Source of the DNA: Candidatus Hermodarchaeota archaeon
GTDB lineage: Archaea; Asgardarchaeota; Hermodarchaeia; Hermodarchaeales; Hermodarchaeaceae
Assembly: GCA_016839805.1 (NCBI GenBank)
Contig: JAEOTO010000006.1
Location: 32,001 to 96,000 of the forward strand
Reading direction: 5' to 3'
DNA: 64,000 bases
Within the stretch, counting starts at the first letter, position 1. Each line of letters opens with the position of its first letter. The translations under genes were made by a program, and so were the position numbers. The notes below the pieces were generated by a model. That model had not been told where the DNA came from, searched no databases, and saw nothing but the letters and a program-made list of their open reading frames with translations. Below, in pieces: positions 1 through 9,622 of the stretch.

Positions 1-1319
1 AGTTTATCGGGTTCAGTAAGCACCATTATCAAATGGCGTTGTAAAGGTACGGGTCGACCTCGAAGGATAACAGGAACCAATTGTAGTTCCTGTGCTAACT
101 CCTTAGGATTACCGACTGTGGCTGAAAGGGCTACAAGTTGAGCCTTGGGGAAAAGCGTTCGGATACGGGAAATCAATCCGTCAAGTTCCGGTCCTCGATC
201 CTCATCTGCCACCATTTGAATCTCATCGATGACAACAACACCTACATCTCCGAACTGATCACCCTTACCTGATCGTAGTAAATAATCAAATCCTTCATAG
301 CTTGCTACAATAATATCCGCATCGCTTACTTCGTCGTCAACAATTACTAGGGCTTCATCTCCCACATCAATCGAACTCATTCCTACACGAATCGCCACGC
401 GTAATCCCAAAGCCTCGTATTTGTCGCGATATTCATGATATTTTTGATTCGCCAAGGCCACTAGCGGTGACAGGTAAATGTAGATTTTGCCCTGCATGGC
501 TGCTTTCAGTCCAGCCAGCTCACCAACTAGCGATTTTCCACTAGTTGTATCCGAGACTGCGAGAATCGGTTTACTATCAAAAAGACCAGCTTTCACTGCT
601 TTTGCCTGAATTGGTAGCAAAAACTCAATTCCATACCTAGCCAGGACTTGGGTGACTTTAGAGGGCAAAGGAAGTGATTTAATTGGAATCTTGGCTTCTG
701 GCTCTTTCACTGCATGGACTTGGTCATATAGAGTCATTGCAGGATTTTGACTGGGTCGAAACTGGGAGGACAAAAAGGATGCTACTTTTTCAATAGAGCG
801 TAATCTCCGAAGCATCGTATCGAGACTTCCGTAGGCTTTCTTGGATACCTGTACATCCATCGCCTGAAGCCGATTTGATAATTCGCCTGACGCACACTTG
901 TAACATACTGGTTGCCCTTCCATTTGGAAGACCTGCTGACGACGTAACATCGTCAACCGTCCATCCGTAATACACGAAGTACACGCTCGTACAATGACTG
1001 GGTCCTTGACACCGAAATCCCGCAACATTCCCTTCAATTCTATAAGAAATGGAAACCGTGGGTACCGAGGAATCGTAATATATTCGGCACTTCGCAACCA
1101 ATTCACAAAGGTTCGTGGGTCAACCGGTCGAACTCCTCCCTTCTGCACAAACCACAATTTCTGTGGACGTAACCGTCCTTTTTTCATTTGAAATTGAACC
1201 CGAGCCCGTAAAATTGGGACTGACGACCGTTTTGGTCGAAATATCACAACAAATGCTGCCAGCTCTCGCTGCTTTTCAGGAAAAAGAGCCAACCCAAACG
1301 GAGGTTTCAACGGACGCAT
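1..1319 (-). CDS. Archaeal DEAD/DEAH-box SF2 helicase (COG1202-like), runs off the left edge of the window
   Basis: Manual translation from ATG at 1319 (MRPLKPPFG...): CTSC...CYKC Zn motif, Q motif LLPIQ, Walker A DTTSGKS, motif Ia PLVALANQKY, motif II VVVIDEIQ. Missing from the ORF track because it is truncated. Confidence 0.88.
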   Translation of the reverse strand, partial: MRPLKPPFGLALFPEKQRELAAFVVIFRPKRSSVPILRARVQFQMKKGRLRPQKLWFVQKGGVRPVDPRTFVNWLRSAEYITIPRYPRFPFLIELKGMLRDFGVKDPVIVRACTSCITDGRLTMLRRQQVFQMEGQPVCYKCASGELSNRLQAMDVQVSKKAYGSLDTMLRRLRSIEKVASFLSSQFRPSQNPAMTLYDQVHAVKEPEAKIPIKSLPLPSKVTQVLARYGIEFLLPIQAKAVKAGLFDSKPILAVSDTTSGKSLVGELAGLKAAMQGKIYIYLSPLVALANQKYHEYRDKYEALGLRVAIRVGMSSIDVGDEALVIVDDEVSDADIIVASYEGFDYLLRSGKGDQFGDVGVVVIDEIQMVADEDRGPELDGLISRIRTLFPKAQLVALSATVGNPKELAQELQLVPVILRGRPVPLQRHLIMVLTEPDK

Positions 1320-1410
1320 ACCCAAACACAATATAATACGGCTTTCGCAAGGAACTCCTGACAAGGCTTATTAGTCTTATCTTACTCTAAGGAGGCAGGG
1401 GACTTAGTGA

Positions 1411-2106
1411 ATGCCATCAATTGAAATCTTCCCCGGAGTGCTATCCCTTATTCTCAGCAGGGCAGCCCGTGCAGGACGGACTGAAATTGGTGGCTTCCTC
1501 TTCGGAAAACTCCAACGTAATCGGCTCCTCATTACTGGTGCGACCTTCCCACAACAACACGGAACACGTACCCATGTAACCATAAACGATCTAGACATGG
1601 CTCTCCTTGCTGAAGAACTTGCCCAACGGGGTACTGGCGAAGTCATCATCGGCTGGTGGCATACCCACCCAGGATTGGGAGCGGGTTTTATGTCTAGCAC
1701 TGATATTTCGACGCAATTACGATACCAGGCGTTTTTCCCTGAAGCAGTTGCAGTAGTGATTGATCCTCTGAGATTTTCTGAATCTATGGATTTGGCAGAT
1801 TTGGATCTTCATGTGTATACTGTGGAGAAGCGGAAGGAGCGCGATTTAGAGTATATGTATGTGCAAGATCCAGAGGAAGTGATTCCCGATCTTTATGGTA
1901 TAATGATGACGCTAGAAGAGCCTGAGCACATGTTGTTTGAGGACACTTGGTTTGAGAAGATGTTGCGTGATGTGTTTGGGGAAGAGGTGACTACACCGGT
2001 GTTTACCTATCGATTAGGCGATTTTATGGAAGCAGCTGTGGTTATTGGAGCGATGATTTTTCTTGGTATCTTTGTCGCAATTGCACTGATGGGATTGGTT
2101 GTGTAG
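1411..2106 (+). CDS. MPN+/JAMM metalloprotease (Rpn11/CSN5-like) with C-terminal transmembrane anchor
   Basis: EIGGFL; WWHTHPGLGAGFMSSTD (HxH...SxxD); DISTQ...AVAVVIDP as in Rpn11; last ~24 aa hydrophobic. Confidence 0.88.
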   Translation: MPSIEIFPGVLSLILSRAARAGRTEIGGFLFGKLQRNRLLITGATFPQQHGTRTHVTINDLDMALLAEELAQRGTGEVIIGWWHTHPGLGAGFMSSTDISTQLRYQAFFPEAVAVVIDPLRFSESMDLADLDLHVYTVEKRKERDLEYMYVQDPEEVIPDLYGIMMTLEEPEHMLFEDTWFEKMLRDVFGEEVTTPVFTYRLGDFMEAAVVIGAMIFLGIFVAIALMGLVV

Positions 2107-2187
2107 AATCGCCTAATGTATCACTGGCTATTTTTTCATGATTAAGTGAATTTCATTTCGGATTTAGAAAATTAAAATAAATTGATA

Positions 2188-2889
2188 TTACTCGGGTTCA
2201 TCAAATCCGAGGGCTTTCAGAGCGGCAAGGATGGCTTCTTTATCGTCAACGGAAACGTCATCGACTTCAGAGCTAGCTTCGGAGACGCTCACCGTTTCAA
2301 GACCGGTTCCTTCTACAGGAGCAATAGTGGGCTCTGCTGCAACAGTTTCGGGTTCTGCGGTTTCTGCAGGTTCTGGGATTAGGTCTGGAGGTGTGGGTGT
2401 TTCTGCAGGTTCTGGTTCAGTGAATGCCTCGGCAGCTGCAATGGGTTCAGAGGCTGCTGCTGGCATTTTACGGAACCCAAGGAGTTGGTCGGGTTCTAAG
2501 GGATGGGATTCCATGATTTTGGTCACTTTGGTTGCATAAATTTTCATTAATCCGATATAGTAGCCCAGTCGAATTTGATCTCGGCTAGCGCCAACCAAGA
2601 GGGTTTCGGGGGTCCCTCGCATGATAATGGTGAAACCTTTGTTTCCTCTTAGTATCACCTCGGATAAAGTACCTTGACTTAATTGTCGAAGCGTTTCTTC
2701 GCCAACATTAACTAGCGTGGCTGTCGCTGCAGAAAAAATATCCGAGTCCACATCACCACTAACCGCACAAGCGAGCCGAATACCCTCACGAGTAACTACA
2801 GCAAGAGCTTCTAATCCAGTTGATTGCTCGATGCGTCGCATTAAATCCTGTAAATCTTTAAAGGGAGTCTCAGCCATCGTCCAACTCAC
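2188..2889 (-). CDS. Roadblock/LC7 domain protein with acidic Pro/Glu/Ala-rich tail
   Basis: ALAVVTREGIRLA...FSAATATL...LSEVILRGNKGFTII...RLG is the roadblock pattern; low-complexity C-terminal half. Confidence 0.85.
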   Translation of the reverse strand: MSWTMAETPFKDLQDLMRRIEQSTGLEALAVVTREGIRLACAVSGDVDSDIFSAATATLVNVGEETLRQLSQGTLSEVILRGNKGFTIIMRGTPETLLVGASRDQIRLGYYIGLMKIYATKVTKIMESHPLEPDQLLGFRKMPAAASEPIAAAEAFTEPEPAETPTPPDLIPEPAETAEPETVAAEPTIAPVEGTGLETVSVSEASSEVDDVSVDDKEAILAALKALGFDEPE

Positions 2890-3081
2890 TCTGTGAACCT
2901 GTCTTGATTGTTCTCTCCCCTGTTTCCTATATCAACCTTGCTGTACCCATAGCTAGAGTTTTCATCGGGTTGCGAGCGTCTAAAATTTAGTGATGCAAAA
3001 AGATTACTTTCAGTTTCCCCTACTAGTCAAGGGTTTGCTTGAACGTATTGGAGTTTAAATATCTTCTGCGAGAATCGCAAA

Positions 3082-4194
3082 GTGGGACAAGTAACCATGG
3101 CGTCCTCTGTTAATGCGCTCTTCAACGTGAACTATTTACCAACTCGGCTTCTGCATCGAAATCAGGAACTTATAACACTTACAAACCTCTTCAACTCTAA
3201 GGAAGGCACAACTGAACCGATCAATATTTTGGTGCATGGCAGCTTTGGCATAGGTCGTACCACTCTTCTCCGCTTCTTTGGGCAACACGAGTTAAGCATT
3301 TACCACCGCCCGTTCATTAATTTCCAACACAAAGAAACAGATGAAATCATAGACGATACACTTCATGCCCTACTCCCCACTGCTAACAATTCCATACCTT
3401 CTCTCGAACAATGGACTCTGATTAAACGGCTGATTAGGAAGGCTGAATCGCCCCTTGTTTTCACTTTTGATGACGTAAACTCTCAAACAATGAAGATCTA
3501 TAGTAAATTCATCAAGGTGTGCAAAGAAAACGGTGTCTCCTCAATGGCTACAGCACCTCTCTACTTTCCCCGCCAACTCGATGGCGAGATATCACGGTTT
3601 CTTGATGTTTCTCTCGAGTTAGAGCCTTTTTCCGATCATCAATTTCTGGACATCATTAAACAACGTGTGGCTGAAGTTTTTCCTCATCCAGTTCACTCAC
3701 AAGTTACCGAATTCATGGCCGATATTATTTGTATGTTAGATTTCCAACGTCCCGCTACTGTCGTTGAATTACTCCAAAATCTACATCCTCTGATTTCCCA
3801 TACACAAGTTATTACTGCGAACAAAATCCGTCAGGCTTGTCTAAATTCACGAACCTTACACTATGATTTTTGGAATGGTCATCTCTCGAGTCTCACTGAA
3901 TTAGATGCAACGACTATCCTTTTGCTCCAAGCTGTTGGGTTATACTTCACCAATAATCCTGGTCACATATACGTAAGACAATCTAGTTTATTCAATCAGT
4001 ATCAGCAAGTTGCAGAGGGAATAGGGTTTCGTTCAACATCCTCGCAGTTCTTTAGAGCATTGAATACGCTTCTATTTCAAGATCTCTTACTCCGATCTCG
4101 TTATGACTCTCAGAATTACTTTACCCTCCTTCCTGCTGAGGGTTACATCGAAATCGTTGAGTTGCTTCTTGGTGAATACCAACTAGAACAGTAG
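3082..4194 (+). CDS. Divergent Cdc6/Orc1-like AAA+ ATPase
   Basis: YLPTRLLHRNQE (Cdc6 N-terminus), Walker A GSFGIGRTT (K to R), Walker B LVFTFDD, C-terminal winged-helix-like region. Confidence 0.75.
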   Translation: MGQVTMASSVNALFNVNYLPTRLLHRNQELITLTNLFNSKEGTTEPINILVHGSFGIGRTTLLRFFGQHELSIYHRPFINFQHKETDEIIDDTLHALLPTANNSIPSLEQWTLIKRLIRKAESPLVFTFDDVNSQTMKIYSKFIKVCKENGVSSMATAPLYFPRQLDGEISRFLDVSLELEPFSDHQFLDIIKQRVAEVFPHPVHSQVTEFMADIICMLDFQRPATVVELLQNLHPLISHTQVITANKIRQACLNSRTLHYDFWNGHLSSLTELDATTILLLQAVGLYFTNNPGHIYVRQSSLFNQYQQVAEGIGFRSTSSQFFRALNTLLFQDLLLRSRYDSQNYFTLLPAEGYIEIVELLLGEYQLEQ

Positions 4195-4214
4195 ATTGTG
4201 AACAGAGAAGCGTT

Positions 4215-4799
4215 TTAATTACTGGATTGGTTTTTTACGAGTGCCCGTGCCAGAATGCGTGCTACTCGAATCGGTTCTGGAATTCCTCCAAAGCGGGTGA
4301 ATCTTTTTAACACTCCTTTTACAATCTGCTTTTTACAACCAATGAATTGTCCATAGACTATATGCTGATTACTGAGTGAAAAGGACTGGATCTCACCATT
4401 TCGACGATAAACTTTCAACCGCTCCTTCCAACCTGAAGGAAAGGTCGATTTCAAATGGGCTTCTAAATCCTCTTGGGGCTCTCCTGTAATACTAATCACA
4501 GGAAGATTTGTTGCTTCGTGCACTTCTGCTAAGTTAATAATATTGTACCCAGCAAGTATACAACCATGAATCATGATGCCATTCAAATCAGCTCTCGCCA
4601 GCCGTTGAACCATACCAATTATCGTATCTGTCGCATCCATTCCCCTAACCGTCACTTTCGACCATACTATTCCGTCAATAATCAAATCCGCACGTATCAC
4701 TATACCGCCAAGTACGGAGTGACTGGCTCCCATTAGTCCACTTTCTGCTATACCTAATAAACGAGCAGCTGGTTTCAATAATGAGGTTTCAGGAGTCAC
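4215..4799 (-). CDS. DUF99/UPF0215 family protein (endonuclease V-like)
   Basis: RLLGIAES, VTVRGMDAT, LAGYNII, IPEPIRVARILAR. Confidence 0.85.
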   Translation of the reverse strand: MTPETSLLKPAARLLGIAESGLMGASHSVLGGIVIRADLIIDGIVWSKVTVRGMDATDTIIGMVQRLARADLNGIMIHGCILAGYNIINLAEVHEATNLPVISITGEPQEDLEAHLKSTFPSGWKERLKVYRRNGEIQSFSLSNQHIVYGQFIGCKKQIVKGVLKRFTRFGGIPEPIRVARILARALVKNQSSN

Positions 4800-4862
4800 T
4801 GCAAAACGCCGTATAAGATTACGACGTCCGGGAAGAAAAAGGGAAGGGGTGGAAGAGAACAG

Positions 4863-6380
4863 CTAGGCAGGAGCATTGATTTTCTTCCCTGGATGCTCCG
4901 TCTGCCATTCTTCCACAGGAATTGCAAATTTTTCTTCGATTTTTGCTCGGTGAAGGCTGTTCATCGCACAGAACGGTACAATTCGACCATCAGGAACAGC
5001 ATAATGAATACCACAGCGTTCAAGGCGTTCTAGGTCGAAATTGTAGGGATCTTGGAAATGCATCGAACCAATCATAATAATGCGTTCCATGAATTCAGCT
5101 AATGAGTCGTAGTCTTTTTTCCGTAAGAAATTATTAGCAAGGTTGAAGAGAAGTCCCTTCTTCTTGAAGAAGCGCATAGCACCAATGATTCCTCGCAAGG
5201 TACCACGGGTTTTCCTGCCTTTTTCATAATCAGTTGCCATTTTCTCCAGTGTACCAAGGAATTGTTCCACTTTCACATAATCAGTAATTGGTTTGTAGGT
5301 TCCATCTTCTTCGATGAGGATGAAGGTGGCCATTCCACAGGCAGGATGGGTTGAAAATTCGACTGCTGGTGCTCCACCTCGTGCACCAAGGGCGCGGGCT
5401 AGGGGAACTACGAAGGGTACTGGATACCAGTCAGTACGCTTGATTACACCGTCCGTTTGCTCTTCAGCAAGTTGCATTAAATCTGGGATGGTGATGCGCA
5501 TTTCTTGGCGTTTATCATAGTCGATTCGCCCGGTAATAGAGACTGGTTGAAAGTTGATACAGCGTATAATATCGTGATTTTCAACACCAAACCGGATGAT
5601 ATCCCCAATTTGTTCGTGGTTTACGCCACGAACAAGGGTTGGGACAAGTACAATGCTTCGAAGGCCCTCCTCACGACAGCGTTCTAATGCTTTTTTCTTT
5701 TGAGAAAGAAGGTTAACACCACGGGCAGCAAGATATGGCTCTGGAGTCACCCCATCAAACTGCATATAAACTGTGCTTAGTCCAGCTTCTGCTAGCTTCT
5801 TAGGATACCCTTTCTTCGTCAGCATAAGGCCATTGGTGGCAATTTCAACATGTGGAAAACCGGCGTCTTTTGCGGCTTTGATGATTTCAGGAAGATCCGC
5901 ACGCATTGTAGGTTCGCCACCAGCGAATTGAACGGCTGGCGCTGGAACAGGTCGATTTGCCCTTAGATTTGCTAGCATTTCCTTAATTTCGTCCATGCTT
6001 GGTTCATAGACGTAACCTGCCTTCCCGGCGTGGGCAAAGCAGATCGGGCATTCAAGGTTGCACCGGTTTGTAACATCAATTAGTGCAAGGCAAGTGTGGG
6101 TCTTGTGATTAGGGCAGAGTCCACAGTCATTGGGACATTGATTTACGGTTTCGGTTCTGGGGTTTTCAAGGCCAAGTCCTTTGTATGCAAAATTAAAGGC
6201 TCGGTGGAAATCTTCTGCGTTAGACCAATAAACATCTTTGAACTCACCATGTTCTTTGCACTTTTTTTGAATCATGACTTTGCCATCTTCTTCATAGACT
6301 TCTGCTTCAAGCGTGCAGAAGCATTCGGGACAGATGGACTTGGTAGTATAGGGGAGTTCTTTGGGGGCCATTTTTTCCAT
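4863..6380 (-). CDS. tes: Tetraether lipid synthase (radical SAM, MJ0619/Tes family)
   Basis: N-terminal TKSICPEC...KKCKEHG, CPNDCGLCPNH, CNLECPIC SAM motif, QFAGGEPT, C-terminal CGIHYAVPDGRIVPFCAMN. Confidence 0.88.
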   Translation of the reverse strand: MEKMAPKELPYTTKSICPECFCTLEAEVYEEDGKVMIQKKCKEHGEFKDVYWSNAEDFHRAFNFAYKGLGLENPRTETVNQCPNDCGLCPNHKTHTCLALIDVTNRCNLECPICFAHAGKAGYVYEPSMDEIKEMLANLRANRPVPAPAVQFAGGEPTMRADLPEIIKAAKDAGFPHVEIATNGLMLTKKGYPKKLAEAGLSTVYMQFDGVTPEPYLAARGVNLLSQKKKALERCREEGLRSIVLVPTLVRGVNHEQIGDIIRFGVENHDIIRCINFQPVSITGRIDYDKRQEMRITIPDLMQLAEEQTDGVIKRTDWYPVPFVVPLARALGARGGAPAVEFSTHPACGMATFILIEEDGTYKPITDYVKVEQFLGTLEKMATDYEKGRKTRGTLRGIIGAMRFFKKKGLLFNLANNFLRKKDYDSLAEFMERIIMIGSMHFQDPYNFDLERLERCGIHYAVPDGRIVPFCAMNSLHRAKIEEKFAIPVEEWQTEHPGKKINAPA

Positions 6381-6519
6381 TTTGTGTAATCGCTCCTATG
6401 TGGTTACCACTCAGTAGTGGTGATTTTCTAGTGAATCGCACATGAGTTTCTTAAAAGGCTTTTCCGAAAAATCCGAGTAGGAGAACGATAGTTTAAGTCG
6501 GGTGAAAGTGTTTTTATAT

Positions 6520-6552
6520 TACCCAGGTATACCCCAGGGTATGTCCCGGGTA
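6520..6552 (+). promoter_or_regulatory. Three imperfect palindromes directly after a TATA-like box upstream of the RHH gene (candidate operator)
   Basis: TTTTTATATT (6511-6520) followed by TACCCAGGTA, TACCCCAGGGTA and TCCCGGGTA. Confidence 0.35.
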
Positions 6553-6738
6553 ATACGCTTGCATTTGGTCTCCGTAAAGCTTCCCAAAGCCTATGTAAAG
6601 GGGCTCGATACACTCGTTGAAAGAGGAACATATCCTACACGCAGTGAAGCGATTCGTGTGGCAATCCGTGATCTGCTCAAGCGGGAACTATGGATATCAG
6701 GGTCTCCTCTCACAATGCCTAGAAAAGCTGAGGACTAA
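6541..6738 (+). CDS. Ribbon-helix-helix regulator (CdrS/aCcr1/CopG-like); start at 6541 or TTG 6559
   Basis: LVSVKLPKAYVKGLDTLVERGTYPTRSEAIRVAIRDLL. Confidence 0.85.
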   Translation: MSRVIRLHLVSVKLPKAYVKGLDTLVERGTYPTRSEAIRVAIRDLLKRELWISGSPLTMPRKAED

Positions 6739-6755
6739 TATCAATATTTTAGGCA

Positions 6756-7850
6756 TTACCGTTCGCGGTTCCCTTGGATAAATTCTTCAACGCGTTGTTT
6801 CGCAATACTATCCTCAATCTGCTCTGGAGGATGCTTAAAGGAATAACTCGAGATGCTCATCAGAGGACCACTGGTCCCTCGATCCAAAGCAATTTTCGTT
6901 GCACGAATGACGTCGGCAACGACCCCAGCACTATTCGGCGAATCTTCCACAGAGAGTTTCAACGCAATGTGAATCGGCATACCGCCCCATTTCTTTCCTT
7001 GCGCATGAATATAACACACCTTAGTATCATCCAGGAAAGGAACATAATCACTAGGACCAATACGCGTAGGCACAGGATAATCCAGAATGCTAGTCACAGC
7101 CTCAGTTTTGCTAATACGTTTACTCGCTAGGCGGTTTTCTGCAGTCATATTTTCAAAATCGGTATTCCCACCGATGTTGAGTTGGTAGGTTTCATCAATT
7201 TCTACTCCGCGATCAGAAAGAAGTTGGGCAATTACCCGGTGAAGAATTGTCGCGCCCACTTGGCTTTTGATATCGTCTCCTGCCATCGGAAGTCCTGCCT
7301 TACGGTATTTCTCTTGCCACCCGCTATCGGATACGATAAATTCAGGGATGCAATTAATAAAAGCGCAGCCTGCATTGAGGGCAGCTTGGGCGTAAAATCG
7401 AGACGCCTCAGCACTACCTACTGGAAGAAAGTTGACGAGAATCTCTGCGCTAGAATTACGAAGTTCTTCACTGATATCCACAGGCTTCATCTCTTTGGGA
7501 TCATAGACATTAAAAGAATCCTGCATGTGTTCAGCAACTCCATCTAATATTGGTGCTGGAAGAACTTTGACTCCTACTTTCGGAGTATCTGCAAATTTAA
7601 TTACGCAATTAGGGTGAACAAAGATTGCATCGCTGATATCTTTCCCGATCTTCCCAGAATTCACTTCAAAAGCAGCAACGAATTTAATATCCCCGGGTAG
7701 ATATCCGCCAAAGGAAGGGTGCATCAACCCTGTAACCCGCTCTTCTTTTCCCGTAACATCTTTGTAATAATTTATGCCTTGAACGAGGCTTGAGGCGCAA
7801 TTACCAAGACCTGCGATGGCGACTTTAATCGGTCCCATGTTAAACACCAT
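6756..7850 (-). CDS. ino1: myo-inositol-1-phosphate synthase
   Basis: IAGLGNCASSLVQG, GDDIKSQVGAT, YQLNIGGNTDF, VEDSPNSAG. Confidence 0.95.
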   Translation of the reverse strand: MVFNMGPIKVAIAGLGNCASSLVQGINYYKDVTGKEERVTGLMHPSFGGYLPGDIKFVAAFEVNSGKIGKDISDAIFVHPNCVIKFADTPKVGVKVLPAPILDGVAEHMQDSFNVYDPKEMKPVDISEELRNSSAEILVNFLPVGSAEASRFYAQAALNAGCAFINCIPEFIVSDSGWQEKYRKAGLPMAGDDIKSQVGATILHRVIAQLLSDRGVEIDETYQLNIGGNTDFENMTAENRLASKRISKTEAVTSILDYPVPTRIGPSDYVPFLDDTKVCYIHAQGKKWGGMPIHIALKLSVEDSPNSAGVVADVIRATKIALDRGTSGPLMSISSYSFKHPPEQIEDSIAKQRVEEFIQGNRER

Positions 7851-7991
7851 GAGCTAATAGTTTATGATGATATAATATATGGGCGATTAAGCCACGAACA
7901 CCATTTAAGCATTTCTCCTTTTTTCCCAGACTACCCAATCAAAGACAGCAACTTAAAATCGGTGTATTCTCTTTATCGCTAGCGAGCAGCC

Positions 7992-9143
7992 ATGTCATTC
8001 CTCTACTCCCACACAAAGCGTTCAAGCATTCTACTTCCAATTCTCGTCGCTATCGGCATGATTGCCTACTTCATCGCTCTAATTTATGCCCTGAACTTTT
8101 ACTTTCCGTTACCAACATCAAGTGCAATTCGATACGCTGTTATGCCGGTTGCGTTTGCCTTTCCTTGGATTCTCTTTGTATACATCTTCCGCGAACGCAC
8201 AATCAATGCTTCAGATATCATGAACCGAAAGGGAAACCTCATTCCACTTCGATGGCGAATGTTGTACGGATTCAACACCCTCATCATCCTTGCCTTCTTC
8301 ATTTTTCCTTTCATCTCACCGCCCCTAGCCATTTTTGCAGCCCTTGTTCTAGCATACCGTATTGTCCATTACTCAGAAAAAATATGGGAAAAAACCCAAG
8401 GCACCCGATTAGGCTACACTCTTATTCTCTTCCTGCTCCTAGCTGCCATTCCCATCTACTTGACAATCATTTGGTTTCAATACTTCATCACATACGTCGC
8501 GTTCTTCATTCTCATGGTCTGGATTACAAATTTTGATTTAATGTATTTCACATCACTTTGTATTGTAAATGCTCTCTCAGTGGGTGCACTGCTCGCCCTC
8601 TCCTACGGCACCCTGGACGAACGAGGAAAACTCCAATACGCTGACAGCAAAAAAATGTGGCTAATTTACTTCGCGCAATTAATTTTAATCAGCGCTCAAT
8701 GGATTCTCTTTAACCCCTTCTACCAGTTTTACAGCATTTGGGGGTTCACCTTAGCCACACCTGACCCCATCGGCTTTGCTGGAACACTAGGTAATATTAC
8801 TTACATCAACTACCTTAGTCTGGCCATTATCGGTATTGTGTACATCGTCAAGTTTGCTGTCGGAATGGGCGGTGAATTGAAACTATCAATAATTGGTGTA
8901 TTATTTGCCGCAGCATTCCTCATCGTCGAAATTCTCTCAAGCCTCTTCATCTTCCCAGGCACCATCCTACGACCCGCACTAATCATCGGTTCAAGTCTCC
9001 TATTCGTTATCGCCTTTACCATCAGCTTCTTCGCCGCCCCCGACGAACTCATCGAAGGAGACGAACCCATCACAGAGGAAATCGATAGCCTAGAAGAACT
9101 AACCACAGACGAACCAGAAACTACGACTGAAGAAGAAGAATGA
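7992..9143 (+). CDS. Polytopic membrane protein (~10 TM) with acidic C-tail, function unknown
   Basis: Long ORF with many hydrophobic segments. Confidence 0.7.
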   Translation: MSFLYSHTKRSSILLPILVAIGMIAYFIALIYALNFYFPLPTSSAIRYAVMPVAFAFPWILFVYIFRERTINASDIMNRKGNLIPLRWRMLYGFNTLIILAFFIFPFISPPLAIFAALVLAYRIVHYSEKIWEKTQGTRLGYTLILFLLLAAIPIYLTIIWFQYFITYVAFFILMVWITNFDLMYFTSLCIVNALSVGALLALSYGTLDERGKLQYADSKKMWLIYFAQLILISAQWILFNPFYQFYSIWGFTLATPDPIGFAGTLGNITYINYLSLAIIGIVYIVKFAVGMGGELKLSIIGVLFAAAFLIVEILSSLFIFPGTILRPALIIGSSLLFVIAFTISFFAAPDELIEGDEPITEEIDSLEELTTDEPETTTEEEE

Positions 9144-9160
9144 TAACCAGTTAGGATGTG

Positions 9161-9517
9161 CTAGACGTTGCGAAGGAACGCAGGTACCTCTGATAATTCA
9201 ATCAGAGGTATGTAAAGCCACTTACGATCAAAAGTACCTGAAGCATAATCCCACTGCTCCTCCGGATCCGACTTGTACTTAATGAATGGTCCTTTTGGTC
9301 CCTTATCAAGCTCTACATACAAAAACAGCGGAAGCCCTTCAAGGTTATAATATGCTGGAATTGTGGTAGTTGTCCCCATGATGTGTTTGTTTCCTTTTTT
9401 GAAGTGTAGAATTGTAGCGGTGCGTTCGCGAACGGCCCAGAAATGTACTAAGCGTACTAGGTTATTGAGGTCTTTGATTTTCATGCGGACAGCGGGTTTG
9501 ATGTCGATATCTGTCAA
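9161..9517 (-). CDS. Archaeal hypothetical protein
   Basis: 118-aa ORF filling the gap between genes; no function recognised. Confidence 0.6.
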   Translation of the reverse strand: MTDIDIKPAVRMKIKDLNNLVRLVHFWAVRERTATILHFKKGNKHIMGTTTTIPAYYNLEGLPLFLYVELDKGPKGPFIKYKSDPEEQWDYASGTFDRKWLYIPLIELSEVPAFLRNV

Positions 9518-9622
9518 GGTTATCAGCTCTGCGTCTTAATTGTATCCAGAAGATAAAGGCTTTGCTTGATTGAATCTTAGTACCAGCAGTTTTAAGGAAG
9601 CTCGTTTAGGTCCTAGTTTGCA

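Noticed and set aside
790-1336. Short ORFs at 790-1101, 994-1191 and 1115-1336
   Set aside because: They overlap the helicase ORF in other frames.
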